This document shows, piece by piece, positions 18,609 to 27,887 of a stretch of 32,000 nucleotides of DNA (position 1 is the stretch's first letter; every line of letters begins with the position of its first letter). The position numbers and the translations under genes were made by a program. The notes below the pieces were generated by a model. The model worked only from the letters and a program-made list of their open reading frames with translations. It was not told where the DNA came from and made no database searches. The stretch comes from Candidatus Heimdallarchaeota archaeon (lineage in GTDB: Archaea; Asgardarchaeota; Heimdallarchaeia; JABLTI01). The DNA lies in the NCBI GenBank assembly GCA_030614005.1, contig JAUWKS010000003.1, forward strand, positions 83,548 through 115,547, given 5' to 3'.

Positions 18609-21600
18609 ATGACTAAAAAAGAAACAAATACTTCTAAAAATAAAAATAAGAGAGTAGCTGTTTCAAAAGAAGAAAAAGTCGATGCCTCCGAACTAGAAAA
18701 CAAAATCAAAAAACTTGAACATACATTAATCCTAAGTGAAAGAAAGGGATTAGGACTTTTTGAGTTAACAAACGATGCGATATTTATCGTAGGGATGGAT
18801 GGTGTGTATCTTGATGTTAATCAGAGAGCAGCTGAAATGTTAGGGTATAACCGACAAGATTTGATTGGCAGTCATTCGATTGATTTTGTTTCTAAAGAAG
18901 AAAGAGAGAGTACTATGCAGAGGTTATCTGATTTACGAGCAGGACGTATTCTACCTATTTACACTAGAAACTTTAAGAGAAGGGATGGTTCTATCTTTCC
19001 ATCAGAAATAAATGTTGCTGTTGTTCAAGATGAAGAGGGAAATCCTGCTTATATCCAAAGTGCTGTGAGAGATATTAGTGAGAGAGTTGAAGCAGAAGAA
19101 GCTCTGGAGCGTGAAAGAAAAGCCTATAGCTTAATTTCAGAGGCAATTATTTATTCGGAAAGTCTTAAAGATTTTTGCAATAGATGTCTTTCCGGTTTGA
19201 CTTCACTTTTAGGTTTTGATGACTCAACAATAAGGACATTTGATAAGGATTCCCGAATGTTAATTCCTATAACTTCAATCGGTATATTGAAGGATGGTGA
19301 CGAATCAATAGTAGGGCCTAAATCGATAGATGATCCTAATTTTATTTTTTCGTTAACAGCACGTACTAAACGAATTATAGTTTCAACAAGATTTGAAGAT
19401 AGAGCTATTCTAGCACCATTTGCTAAACGTTTAAAAGAGTTAAATGTCCACGCACTTATTTCATGGCCGATACTTGATGCAAAAGAAGAGCTTCTAGGGA
19501 CATTGCAATTGGTATCATACAAATATAAAGAAATTACAGAGGAAGATATATTTTTCTTCGATACTATTGCTCATATGTTCACTGTTGCGTTTGTAAGAAA
19601 AAGAAGCGATGATGCTTTAAGAGACAGTGAAGAAAAATATCGTTCTTTTGCACAGAATTTTCAAGGTATAGTATACAGAATTCGTACAGATAACAAACCA
19701 GTATTTTATAATGGAGCAATGGAAGAAATTTCAGGATATACTAGTGAAGAGCTAACCTCGATGAATCCTAAATGGATTGACATTATTCATCCTGATGACC
19801 AAGAAATGGTTACAAGTGAATTTATTCATTTGCTTTCTCCTCAGTGTGTTTTTATTGAAATTGAATATCGTATAATACGAAAGGATGGATTAGTTAGATG
19901 GGTTCACGAAATAGGTCAAACAATCTGCGATGAAAGTAGTACCCCCATATGGATTCATGGTGCGATTTATGATATTTCCGAGCGAAAGAGGTCAGAGGAA
20001 ATTCAAGCAAAACAAAGAGAGATTAATATTTCTCTTGCTGCAACAAGCAATTTGTCTGAGGCATTATCCGCTGTTCTAGAAGTAACTTCAGAAATGGATG
20101 TTGTGGACTCTGGAAGTATCTATATTGTCAATAAAGATACTCGTTTTCTGGATTTGATAAGCACAAAAAATTTACACAAAAAAGTAGCGAAAGAATTAGC
20201 TTATTTTTCAACTCATTCTCCTTTCACACAATCAATTCTTTCTGGAAAACCAGTCTATCTTGAATCTATTGAGTATATGACTGAAAATATCGATGAAATA
20301 TTCAAACGAGAAGGGATTCAAGCAATAGCAAATATTCCAATTATTTCTGAAGGGAAAATCGTTGCAGCTATTTTTCTAGCTTCACATAAATCATTAAGCA
20401 TACCAATAAACACTCGAAATGCATTAGAAACAATTGCTTCCCAGATAGGTGGTTCAATATCTCGAATACGAGCTGAAGATGCATTAAGGGATAGTGATGA
20501 ACGATATAGAACTTTTGTTCAAAACTTCCAAGGAATTGCTTATCGCAGCAAACCAAATTGGAAACCTGTATTTCTTCATGGTGCAATAAAAGAAATAACT
20601 GGTTATACTAGTGAGGAATTACTATCCGAAAAACCATCTTGGAGAGAAATTATTCATCCATATGATTTTCCAGAATTAGAAAAAGCAACTGAAAAATCTA
20701 TTGCTGCTGAAAGTAAAATAGGAAAGTGCGAGTATAGACTAATAACTAAAAATGGTGATATCGTTTGGATTCGAGATGTTTGGCAGGTTTTGACAAACGA
20801 AAAAGGAAAGGCAACTAGTTTTCAAGGCTCTATTTACAACATTTCTGATAGAAAAGAAGCTCAAAATGAGCTAGAAAAATTATATCAAGATTTAGAAAAA
20901 CGAGTAGGAGAGCGCACTGAACAATTAACTTTGATTAATAAAGAATTAACTGCCTTTTCATATTCGGTTTCACATGATCTTCGAACACCGTTGAGGCATA
21001 TCAGTGGGTTTGCAAATTTATTAACAAAAAGAATTGAGAAACTACCCGAGAAAGATGAACGAATTCTGAGTTATACTCAAAAAATAATCACTTCGACTGA
21101 GGAGATGAACAAACTCATAGATGGTTTACTTGTCTTCTCTAGAATGAGTAGGGTTGAAATGGTTAAAATAAGAATCAATTTTACTGAATTGGTTCAGGAT
21201 GTATTGAATGATTTCCAAATAGAATTAGGAAATAGAAAAATTGATGTGGCAGTACACTTTTTGCCTGATGTTGTTGGCGATCCCTCATTATTGCGACTCG
21301 TTTTAGTTAATCTAATTTCAAATGCATTCAAGTTTACAAAAATATGCGATATCGCCCAAATTGAAATTGGTATTATACCCTCTAAGGAAGATGATAAAAT
21401 AACTGTTTATATCAGGGATAATGGCGTTGGTTTTGATATGAAATATTACGACCGATTATTTGGCGTTTTTCAGAGGTTACACAAAAATGAGGAGTTCGAA
21501 GGAACGGGCATAGGTCTTTCAACAGTTCAGAGAGTTGTTCGGAGAATGGGTGGAATGATTTGGGCAGAAGGTGACATTGATAAGGGTGCTACCTTTTATT

Positions 21601-21632
21601 TCTCGGTACCTAAAGCCGTTGATGAAAAGTAA
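18609..21632 (+). CDS. PAS-GAF-PAS-GAF-PAS sensor histidine kinase
   Basis: H box FSYSVSHDLRTPLRHI, N box NLISNAFKF, G1 DNGVGF, F box LFGVFQRLH and G2 GTGIGL. PAS/PAC motifs (YLDVNQRA, WIDIIHPDD, EYRIIRKDG) and two GAF-like segments. Confidence 0.92.
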   Translation: MTKKETNTSKNKNKRVAVSKEEKVDASELENKIKKLEHTLILSERKGLGLFELTNDAIFIVGMDGVYLDVNQRAAEMLGYNRQDLIGSHSIDFVSKEERESTMQRLSDLRAGRILPIYTRNFKRRDGSIFPSEINVAVVQDEEGNPAYIQSAVRDISERVEAEEALERERKAYSLISEAIIYSESLKDFCNRCLSGLTSLLGFDDSTIRTFDKDSRMLIPITSIGILKDGDESIVGPKSIDDPNFIFSLTARTKRIIVSTRFEDRAILAPFAKRLKELNVHALISWPILDAKEELLGTLQLVSYKYKEITEEDIFFFDTIAHMFTVAFVRKRSDDALRDSEEKYRSFAQNFQGIVYRIRTDNKPVFYNGAMEEISGYTSEELTSMNPKWIDIIHPDDQEMVTSEFIHLLSPQCVFIEIEYRIIRKDGLVRWVHEIGQTICDESSTPIWIHGAIYDISERKRSEEIQAKQREINISLAATSNLSEALSAVLEVTSEMDVVDSGSIYIVNKDTRFLDLISTKNLHKKVAKELAYFSTHSPFTQSILSGKPVYLESIEYMTENIDEIFKREGIQAIANIPIISEGKIVAAIFLASHKSLSIPINTRNALETIASQIGGSISRIRAEDALRDSDERYRTFVQNFQGIAYRSKPNWKPVFLHGAIKEITGYTSEELLSEKPSWREIIHPYDFPELEKATEKSIAAESKIGKCEYRLITKNGDIVWIRDVWQVLTNEKGKATSFQGSIYNISDRKEAQNELEKLYQDLEKRVGERTEQLTLINKELTAFSYSVSHDLRTPLRHISGFANLLTKRIEKLPEKDERILSYTQKIITSTEEMNKLIDGLLVFSRMSRVEMVKIRINFTELVQDVLNDFQIELGNRKIDVAVHFLPDVVGDPSLLRLVLVNLISNAFKFTKICDIAQIEIGIIPSKEDDKITVYIRDNGVGFDMKYYDRLFGVFQRLHKNEEFEGTGIGLSTVQRVVRRMGGMIWAEGDIDKGATFYFSVPKAVDEK

Positions 21633-21640
21633 AAAGGTAG

Positions 21641-22126
21641 ATGGATATGAAAAAATTCTTTGTTGGCGTTGCAGGTGCAATTGAAAAGAATGGTCAAGTT
21701 CTTGTTTTAAAACGATCTCCTGAAAAGGATGTAGGTGCTAATCTCTGGGAAGTAGTAACTGGAAGATTAGAAGCAGAAGAAAATCCGGAAATAGGTGTTC
21801 TCAGAGAAATAGAAGAAGAAGTGGGTTTGAAAGCTGAAGTAGTTATGCCAATTAATACCAAATTTTTCTACCGTGGCGGGAAAGAATTTCCAATGATTCT
21901 AATATCCTTCTGGTGTAGATATCTTTCTGGAGAAGTAAAGATTTCCTGGGAACATTCTGAATATAAATGGATGAAAATCGATGATGCAATAAATGATTCT
22001 GATATGCATTTCTTTACAGAGGAATTTAAACGGATAAAACAACTAAAGGAAAGCCTCAAAGATACTTTTAGATATGGAAATTATCAAGAAGAAAAAGAAA
22101 GTAACAACACGATAAATAAATATTGA
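21641..22126 (+). CDS. Nudix hydrolase
   Basis: Nudix box GRLEAEENPEIGVLREIEEEVGL and SWEHSEYKW. Confidence 0.9.
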   Translation: MDMKKFFVGVAGAIEKNGQVLVLKRSPEKDVGANLWEVVTGRLEAEENPEIGVLREIEEEVGLKAEVVMPINTKFFYRGGKEFPMILISFWCRYLSGEVKISWEHSEYKWMKIDDAINDSDMHFFTEEFKRIKQLKESLKDTFRYGNYQEEKESNNTINKY

Positions 22127-22160
22127 GATGTTGTTTAACATCTCATAACTTATTTTTTTA
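22124..22160. terminator. Perfect 9-bp hairpin between convergent genes, probably a bidirectional terminator
   Basis: TGAGATGTT-GTTT-AACATCTCA at 22124-22145, flanked by A-rich sequence on the left and T-rich sequence on the right. Includes the Nudix stop codon. Confidence 0.55.
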
Positions 22161-22205
22161 AATTCAGCTTAGTTCTATCTCTAGGTTTTTCGAATTTATT
22201 TATTC

Positions 22206-23057
22206 TTATTTGTTGGTCCAAGTTGCAATATATTTGCAATTCTTTGGTTGTGTTACTAATTGTGGATTTTCTATTGACCATTTCCCTGGAAGCTGATTTT
22301 CTTTAGCTGTTAATTCGAAATGGCACATCGCTATTCCAATATCAATAAATCTCATTGATTCGAAGACTTCAATAATATATCTTGATTGAACCTTTAGATA
22401 GAAATGAAATAATTCGTTTACTTTTACAATTCTCCAAGGTTGATTATTTCTTGCAGAAGGTGCTAATCTCAGCAATTCAAGAGCTAAAGCGTATGGGGCT
22501 GATTTTTCTGCAGTTAATGGTTTAGTGAATTGATTGTCAAAAAAGAGCTCAGACCAAGCTTTTCTTTTTCGAGCCTTTATTCCCCAAGAAATAATCTTAT
22601 CCAAGTTTCGTTTATTCCGAGCAATATTACCAATTGGACTAATAGCTGGTATTATTTCATTATCATCTAAGTGAACAAAATTTGAGAAAGTATTGGTGTT
22701 AAAAGATCTACCAAGCCAAACAGTGCCATAATTCAGTTCTGTTGCTTTTAGAATTACCTTTTCCATCAAATAACCGAAATCTGTGAAATTAACCGACTTT
22801 TTGTTCACAATTCCAACAATAAAATATCGTGCTCCTGAAATCAGGCCATAAGTACCAATCTTTAATTTCTCTTCTTTTTTCTTTGTATCTACAAGAATAA
22901 ATTTTGCATTCTTGTCAAAGGGACCTTTTTCCTTTAATTGTAAAAATTCATTTATCTTTTCTATGGACTTCTCATCTAATTTCTCATTTACATACGTCCT
23001 ACAAGAATATCGTTTGCGAATAATCTCTTCAATTGGTTTCTCAAAATCCATAGTCAT
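22206..23057 (-). CDS. Nitroreductase family protein with two FMN-binding half-domains
   Basis: IIRKRYSCRTY, GYLMEKVILKATELNYGTVWLG, RLAPSARNNQPW and IDIGIAMCHF. ATG at 23057 or 23051 preferred over the longer ORF call. Confidence 0.85.
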   Translation of the reverse strand: MTMDFEKPIEEIIRKRYSCRTYVNEKLDEKSIEKINEFLQLKEKGPFDKNAKFILVDTKKKEEKLKIGTYGLISGARYFIVGIVNKKSVNFTDFGYLMEKVILKATELNYGTVWLGRSFNTNTFSNFVHLDDNEIIPAISPIGNIARNKRNLDKIISWGIKARKRKAWSELFFDNQFTKPLTAEKSAPYALALELLRLAPSARNNQPWRIVKVNELFHFYLKVQSRYIIEVFESMRFIDIGIAMCHFELTAKENQLPGKWSIENPQLVTQPKNCKYIATWTNK

Positions 23058-23103
23058 CACACTAATAAAAAAGAAAAAATAGCAGATAAATTTTTTCACG
23101 TGA

Positions 23104-23763
23104 TTAGTATTCTTCTTTGATTTCCTCTTTTATGTCGTCTACGTGTTGGAATAACTGGCGTCTGATTACATCCTTTTTTTTCTGCGGTAAAAGTTGTCCT
23201 TCTTGATGAGGTGGTGGAGTAATTACTGGTTTAGGTATCTGGTTAGATGTAATAATTGGTTTAATACTCATTACAAGTAAGCATGGGTAATAAATTGCTG
23301 CGATATAGAATCCAATATAGAATTTCATATTTGGGTCAACCGTTTGTTTGCCATAAAATAATCCAAAGAAGATAGTTGCAAGAACACCTGCAATAGCTCC
23401 AACGGTTATCATTGAAGCAAAAATTCTTTGAAAAGTAAAACTTTGCCATCTATTTTTACCTATGAAGAAAACTGCAATGAATGGTAAAATTATTGCAATT
23501 GCAAACAAAATTACAATTGCTATAGAATATCCATCTGTTGAATCATAAATACCACTAAAATTATCGTATTCGTTATCATCAATACGGTCATATTGAAACC
23601 AAGCTCCCACGGACCAAGTAGATCGGTGCCAAGTAACATTGCCATCATTCCAATTGCTATGAGTGAATGGAACAGCTCCAATACAAATACTAGTGAAAAT
23701 AATTGCTGCGAGCATAATTAATATGTATGTTTTGTCTCTTGTTTTTTCTATAGATATAGTCAA
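23104..23763 (-). CDS. Tetraspan membrane protein with claudin/PMP22-like layout
   Basis: Four hydrophobic segments, a ~47-aa first loop with GAW, a short second outer loop before IGFYIA, and a Pro-rich charged tail. GAGGGA upstream of the TTG start. Confidence 0.6.
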   Translation of the reverse strand: MTISIEKTRDKTYILIMLAAIIFTSICIGAVPFTHSNWNDGNVTWHRSTWSVGAWFQYDRIDDNEYDNFSGIYDSTDGYSIAIVILFAIAIILPFIAVFFIGKNRWQSFTFQRIFASMITVGAIAGVLATIFFGLFYGKQTVDPNMKFYIGFYIAAIYYPCLLVMSIKPIITSNQIPKPVITPPPHQEGQLLPQKKKDVIRRQLFQHVDDIKEEIKEEY

Positions 23764-23827
23764 ATTTAGAATTCCCTCTATAACTCATATAGATTAGGTG
23801 AAATCTTGCTTAATAAGCTAACTAAAT

Positions 23828-23874
23828 AAAAAAAAGTGAGGGAAGAGGTCACGTGTGGATTACACACCACCTCT
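23828..23874 (-). terminator. Hairpin plus U-tract downstream of the ABC operon
   Basis: Minus strand reads AGAGGT-G-GTGTG-TAATC-CACAC-GTG-ACCTCT, then TCCCTCAC and 8 Ts. Confidence 0.6.
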
Positions 23875-23904
23875 CGTTTACACTAAAGGAGATAGAGTGA
23901 AGCA

Positions 23905-24630
23905 TTAAGGGATGTGGATGCCCCCATCTCTCATATTCAAAACGAGATCAACTTTATCCATAATCATTGGATCATGGGTAACAATAACAACTGTTATACC
24001 AAGTGATTTATTCAATTCTCGCAACAATTTGATGATCTCCTCACCTGTTGTTGTGTCAAGATTTCCAGTTGGTTCGTCTGCAAAGATAATAGTAGGTGAT
24101 TGGATCATTGCTCGAGCAATAGCAACTCGCTGTTTTTCTCCGCCGCTTAATTCCTTTGGGCGGTGTTTTGCTCTATTTCCAAGACCTACTTGCTCAAGTA
24201 TTTCTTGTGCTCGTTCGCGATCTTCTTTTTTAATACCACCTGGAATTAATGGCAACAGTACATTGTCAATAGCTGATAACGTTGGGATGAGCAAGAAATC
24301 TTGGAAAACAAAACCGATCTTTGTTTTACGAATATCTGCCAAATCCTTTTCAGAGAGGGATGTAACTTCAATATTGTCAAGTAATACTCGACCACTGGTA
24401 GTGCTATCCATACATCCAAGTATATTGAGTAAAGTACTTTTACCGGAACCACTCGGTCCGGCAATGGCAATGAAACTGCGTTTTTTAATGCCAAAAGATA
24501 CATTATTGAGTGCAGTCACTTCTGAAGGTAAGCCTTCATAATAGATCTTTGTTAAATTGTACGTTTTAATGATATATTCATCACTAAATTCATGGTCAGT
24601 AATTTGTTGGTCTGGAATGTAATCAACCAT
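23905..24630 (-). CDS. ABC transporter ATP-binding protein, LolD/MacB/FtsE family
   Basis: GPSGSGKST, IGFVFQ, LSGGEKQRVAIARA, FADEPTGNLD and VTHD. AGGAGG upstream. Confidence 0.95.
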   Translation of the reverse strand: MVDYIPDQQITDHEFSDEYIIKTYNLTKIYYEGLPSEVTALNNVSFGIKKRSFIAIAGPSGSGKSTLLNILGCMDSTTSGRVLLDNIEVTSLSEKDLADIRKTKIGFVFQDFLLIPTLSAIDNVLLPLIPGGIKKEDRERAQEILEQVGLGNRAKHRPKELSGGEKQRVAIARAMIQSPTIIFADEPTGNLDTTTGEEIIKLLRELNKSLGITVVIVTHDPMIMDKVDLVLNMRDGGIHIP

Positions 24631-24642
24631 TTTTTTTTCCTC

Positions 24643-25866
24643 CTAAAGTGATCTAATGACTTCCATTGGTTTTACTCTGGCAGCTTTGATACCAGGTATT
24701 AATCCCGCAACCATTCCAAGTCCTAAACCGAAACCAAGAACTTGCAAAACAATTTGCCATGTGATGATCATGAATGTTTGAGAAGCACCCATTTGTACTA
24801 GGAAAAGTAAACCAGCACCTAAACCAAAACCTACTATTGAACCCAATAAACCAATAATTATCGATTCAAGAATTATGTCAAATAGTATTGTTCTATTCTT
24901 CCAACCAGTAGCTTTCATAATTGCGAATTCTTTCATTCGTTCAGTTACACCCATTAATTGTGCGACAACAATTGCCATTCCTCCGGCAACAATTACAATG
25001 ATAATCAGAATATTTTGCATAATGGCGAAATTATTCAATAAATCGCTTGCTGATTCCAAATATTCTCCTGTAATACTTACTTCCAATTTAGGTTCTAGCA
25101 ATTCTAGTTGCTCACCGTAACCTCTTGTTTGATTTACACTATCTGAATCAAAACGGATGTTAACATAATTGTAACCAGTTTGTTCATAAGGTAAATACAG
25201 ACTGTTCAATGCAAGTCCCGTTGCAACTGACATTTGAATGTTAGTGTTCATCATTGCTGTTGGATCATCATCATCTGTCTCAAATATACCTACAGTAGTT
25301 AAGTTTACTGAGTAAGTATAATTCGTCATGAATTTCACTTCTTTGCCGATTGCAAATAATCCATCAGAACCTTCAGCAATATAGTCTGCTACAATGATTT
25401 CAAAATCGTTCTCGTAAATAGTTCCATTTACAATTGTTGTTGAAGGACCATCAAATTGAGCATCATCCGTTACATTAATTCCTACTGCATTTATTAGGAC
25501 AAAAGGCATAGAAGGTCCGAATCCACCATGCTCTAAAGTTATATTAGCCATGAATTGTTCAAAACCTAAAGCATAAATTTCAGGACTAATTGCCTCAATC
25601 ATATCACTATCTTCTATTGTCATAATAATATCTGTAATGTTTGTTGGTAATTGTGAAATTGTTATCTCTTTACCATATTCAGAAACTTGTATATCTCCAA
25701 GCGTTTCTGCAACGGTATCTGATAATAGATTATCAAATCCTGCTGAAGCTGATGATAATACAACCATTAACGCTATTCCAATCGCAATTCCTGTAATAGA
25801 TAAACCTGCTATTAGTTTCTTACGAAAAGCGTTTTTTAATGCAAACCGAACTATCTGGAAAATCAT
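24643..25866 (-). CDS. ABC transporter permease, MacB/FtsX (LolE-like) family
   Basis: TM1 (GIAIGIALMVVL), a large extracellular domain, ERMKEFAIMKATGW, three further TMs and PGIKAARVKP. AGGTGA upstream. Confidence 0.92.
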   Translation of the reverse strand: MIFQIVRFALKNAFRKKLIAGLSITGIAIGIALMVVLSSASAGFDNLLSDTVAETLGDIQVSEYGKEITISQLPTNITDIIMTIEDSDMIEAISPEIYALGFEQFMANITLEHGGFGPSMPFVLINAVGINVTDDAQFDGPSTTIVNGTIYENDFEIIVADYIAEGSDGLFAIGKEVKFMTNYTYSVNLTTVGIFETDDDDPTAMMNTNIQMSVATGLALNSLYLPYEQTGYNYVNIRFDSDSVNQTRGYGEQLELLEPKLEVSITGEYLESASDLLNNFAIMQNILIIIVIVAGGMAIVVAQLMGVTERMKEFAIMKATGWKNRTILFDIILESIIIGLLGSIVGFGLGAGLLFLVQMGASQTFMIITWQIVLQVLGFGLGLGMVAGLIPGIKAARVKPMEVIRSL

Positions 25867-25922
25867 TTTGTCACCTAGTTGACTGTAAATATGTGTCTAT
25901 GTAATGTTCCTATTTTGTTAGC

Positions 25923-25979
25923 ATTTGTTTATAAGTTTGTTTATACCAGTGTAAACAAATCATAACCTTTATATAAACA
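25923..25979. promoter_or_regulatory. Divergent promoter region: palindromic TATA-like box and repeated TTTGTTTA half-sites (candidate TetR operator)
   Basis: TTTGTTTATA at 25924-25933 and 25936-25945, inverse TAAACAAA at 25952-25959 and TATAAACA at 25972-25979. Self-complementary TTTATATAAA at 25968-25977, ending 28 nt before the tetR ATG. Confidence 0.55.
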
Positions 25980-26005
25980 TTTACAAATACCAGAGTTGAG
26001 CGATA

Positions 26006-26701
26006 ATGTCGGAAGATGGTAAAAAATTAAAGAAAGAGCAAAGGCAAAAATCGATATTAGAAACAGCTTTAGAGTTAATGTCTGAAAATGGTATCGATAG
26101 TACTACAATGCGAGGAATTGCCAAAGCTGAAGGTATTTCTGAGACATTGTTATATCGTTTCTTTAAAAACAAAAATGAATTATTGTTTGCAATTTTTGAA
26201 ACAAAAGCAGTTGAAATTGCTTATTCAATACAAGAACTCTTTGAAACGACGAAAGGTATGATACCTGATCCCGTGGAAACTCTTCCACTAATCTGTAAGT
26301 TAATTCGAAAAAGGCTTGACAAAAATCAAAAAACTTTCAACTTAATTATCAAAGAACGAAAAACTTTGAGAGCTATCTTTGATAATGAAGGTGGATTTCA
26401 AGCGATTTTAAAAGATAAAATAAAAATTCGTACATTTGTGGATCTAATGAATGATATTGCTAACAATAAAAGCTTAACGAACTATTTTCAAAGGTGCAAG
26501 GATGCAGGAACTCTCAGAGCAGATTTAGATCCAGCGCATTGTGCAAACTTATTTTTAAAAATAATTTGGCCAACACCGATGATCGGCACTAAATTTGCCC
26601 TTCCATTCGGTCACATGCCCATGGATACTCAAAATCAAGATGTATTTGAAACAAATATGAAAATCCTTTTGTACGGTTTAACGCCAGATGAAAAACGCTA
26701 A
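26006..26701 (+). CDS. TetR/AcrR family transcriptional regulator
   Basis: N-terminal HTH ILETALELMSENGIDSTTMRGIAKAEGISETLLYRFFKNKNEL. C-terminal GTLRADLDP. Divergent from the ABC genes. Confidence 0.92.
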   Translation: MSEDGKKLKKEQRQKSILETALELMSENGIDSTTMRGIAKAEGISETLLYRFFKNKNELLFAIFETKAVEIAYSIQELFETTKGMIPDPVETLPLICKLIRKRLDKNQKTFNLIIKERKTLRAIFDNEGGFQAILKDKIKIRTFVDLMNDIANNKSLTNYFQRCKDAGTLRADLDPAHCANLFLKIIWPTPMIGTKFALPFGHMPMDTQNQDVFETNMKILLYGLTPDEKR

Positions 26702-26810
26702 ATCAGCTAAAATTAATTTTCTTTTTATGGTCCTAAAAAGAACTCTTTAATTATAAAGACAACCTTGTTATTGTATACAACCCGGAAAATCGATTAGGGC
26801 GTTATTAACT

Positions 26811-27521
26811 ATGAGTGAAGAATCAAAAAGTTTACTTCTAAGATTAAAGAAAGCAAAAAAAGTTAACAAACAAATTGCTTTAGTGCAACAATTAAAAGAT
26901 CATAATCAGGAGAAAATGGTTAATCATGTTTTGTTGGTTCATCTTGATAGAAAAGATCACGATTCACTTCGCCTTGAAATTTTAACTGCATTGAATTTTG
27001 ATGATGATAAAATTGTTTCACCACTTTCATCTATTATTAGTGATCCTTATGAATCTGTAGCGATAAAAGAAAAAGCAATTGCACTTCTTGGAGAGAACAA
27101 AAGTAAGAATGCAATGAAATCTTTACTGAAAATCTATAGGAAAGCAAAGGATACGAAAATTCTAGACAACTTAGCTTTAGCTTTAACCTTTTTTGAAGAT
27201 ACAAGCGTCATTAAACCCCTAATAAAAGCGCTCCATCACGATGAATTACGATTGCCTGCTTTAACTGGATTAGCTCGAAATGACTCTACGGTTTATAGTT
27301 CCAAAGATTTGATGAAAGCACTTTCACAACTAAAAGTAACTAAACAATTTGAATTATTACACTATGATAAAATCATTGAGAATATTCTTCAAAAATATAA
27401 TTTTGCAGACAAGGAAGAACTTCTTCTAGCTCTTAATTCGAAAAAATTTGATCAAGCTATCATTAGTTATCTAAAGGAACAAGCTGAAATATCAAAAACG
27501 CTGAAAAAGGTTAAAATGTAA
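26811..27521 (+). CDS. HEAT-repeat protein, PBS-lyase-like
   Basis: Repeated LRLEILTAL, IKEKAIALLGE, VIKPLIKAL and LRLPALTGLA helical-pair motifs. Confidence 0.65.
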   Translation: MSEESKSLLLRLKKAKKVNKQIALVQQLKDHNQEKMVNHVLLVHLDRKDHDSLRLEILTALNFDDDKIVSPLSSIISDPYESVAIKEKAIALLGENKSKNAMKSLLKIYRKAKDTKILDNLALALTFFEDTSVIKPLIKALHHDELRLPALTGLARNDSTVYSSKDLMKALSQLKVTKQFELLHYDKIIENILQKYNFADKEELLLALNSKKFDQAIISYLKEQAEISKTLKKVKM

Positions 27522-27887
27522 AGACCTTTTTCGTTTATTCTAATTCTTTTTTTATTTTGTAACATTTTGCTTGTAACAACAATTTTAAATAGCTTAAACG
27601 TTCAATATGTTTTTAATGATTAATCTCTCTTAAGAGATTGAGCATATTGGTGTAAAATGGATTAATGATGTAGGATTCCCTAAACTCGAAAACACATGAT
27701 TAGTAGAATCAAATCATATATTGCTCTTCCCGATACAATATATAACTCCCCAATATATAATCTCTACATCCAATCCATTTTCCTTCAAGATAACTTTATT
27801 CATCCCTTCCCAAGCCAATTTGGTAAAAAACTGAGTTGGCTACCAATTCTTTTCTTATAGTCGCCACAAAAATGATTCAAGTGTTTA

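Noticed and set aside
12049-25882. Remaining short overlapping ORFs, including the 209-aa 23912-24541 (+)
   Set aside because: Each overlaps a motif-supported gene on the opposite strand or in another frame. Long antisense frames are common opposite ABC ATPase genes.
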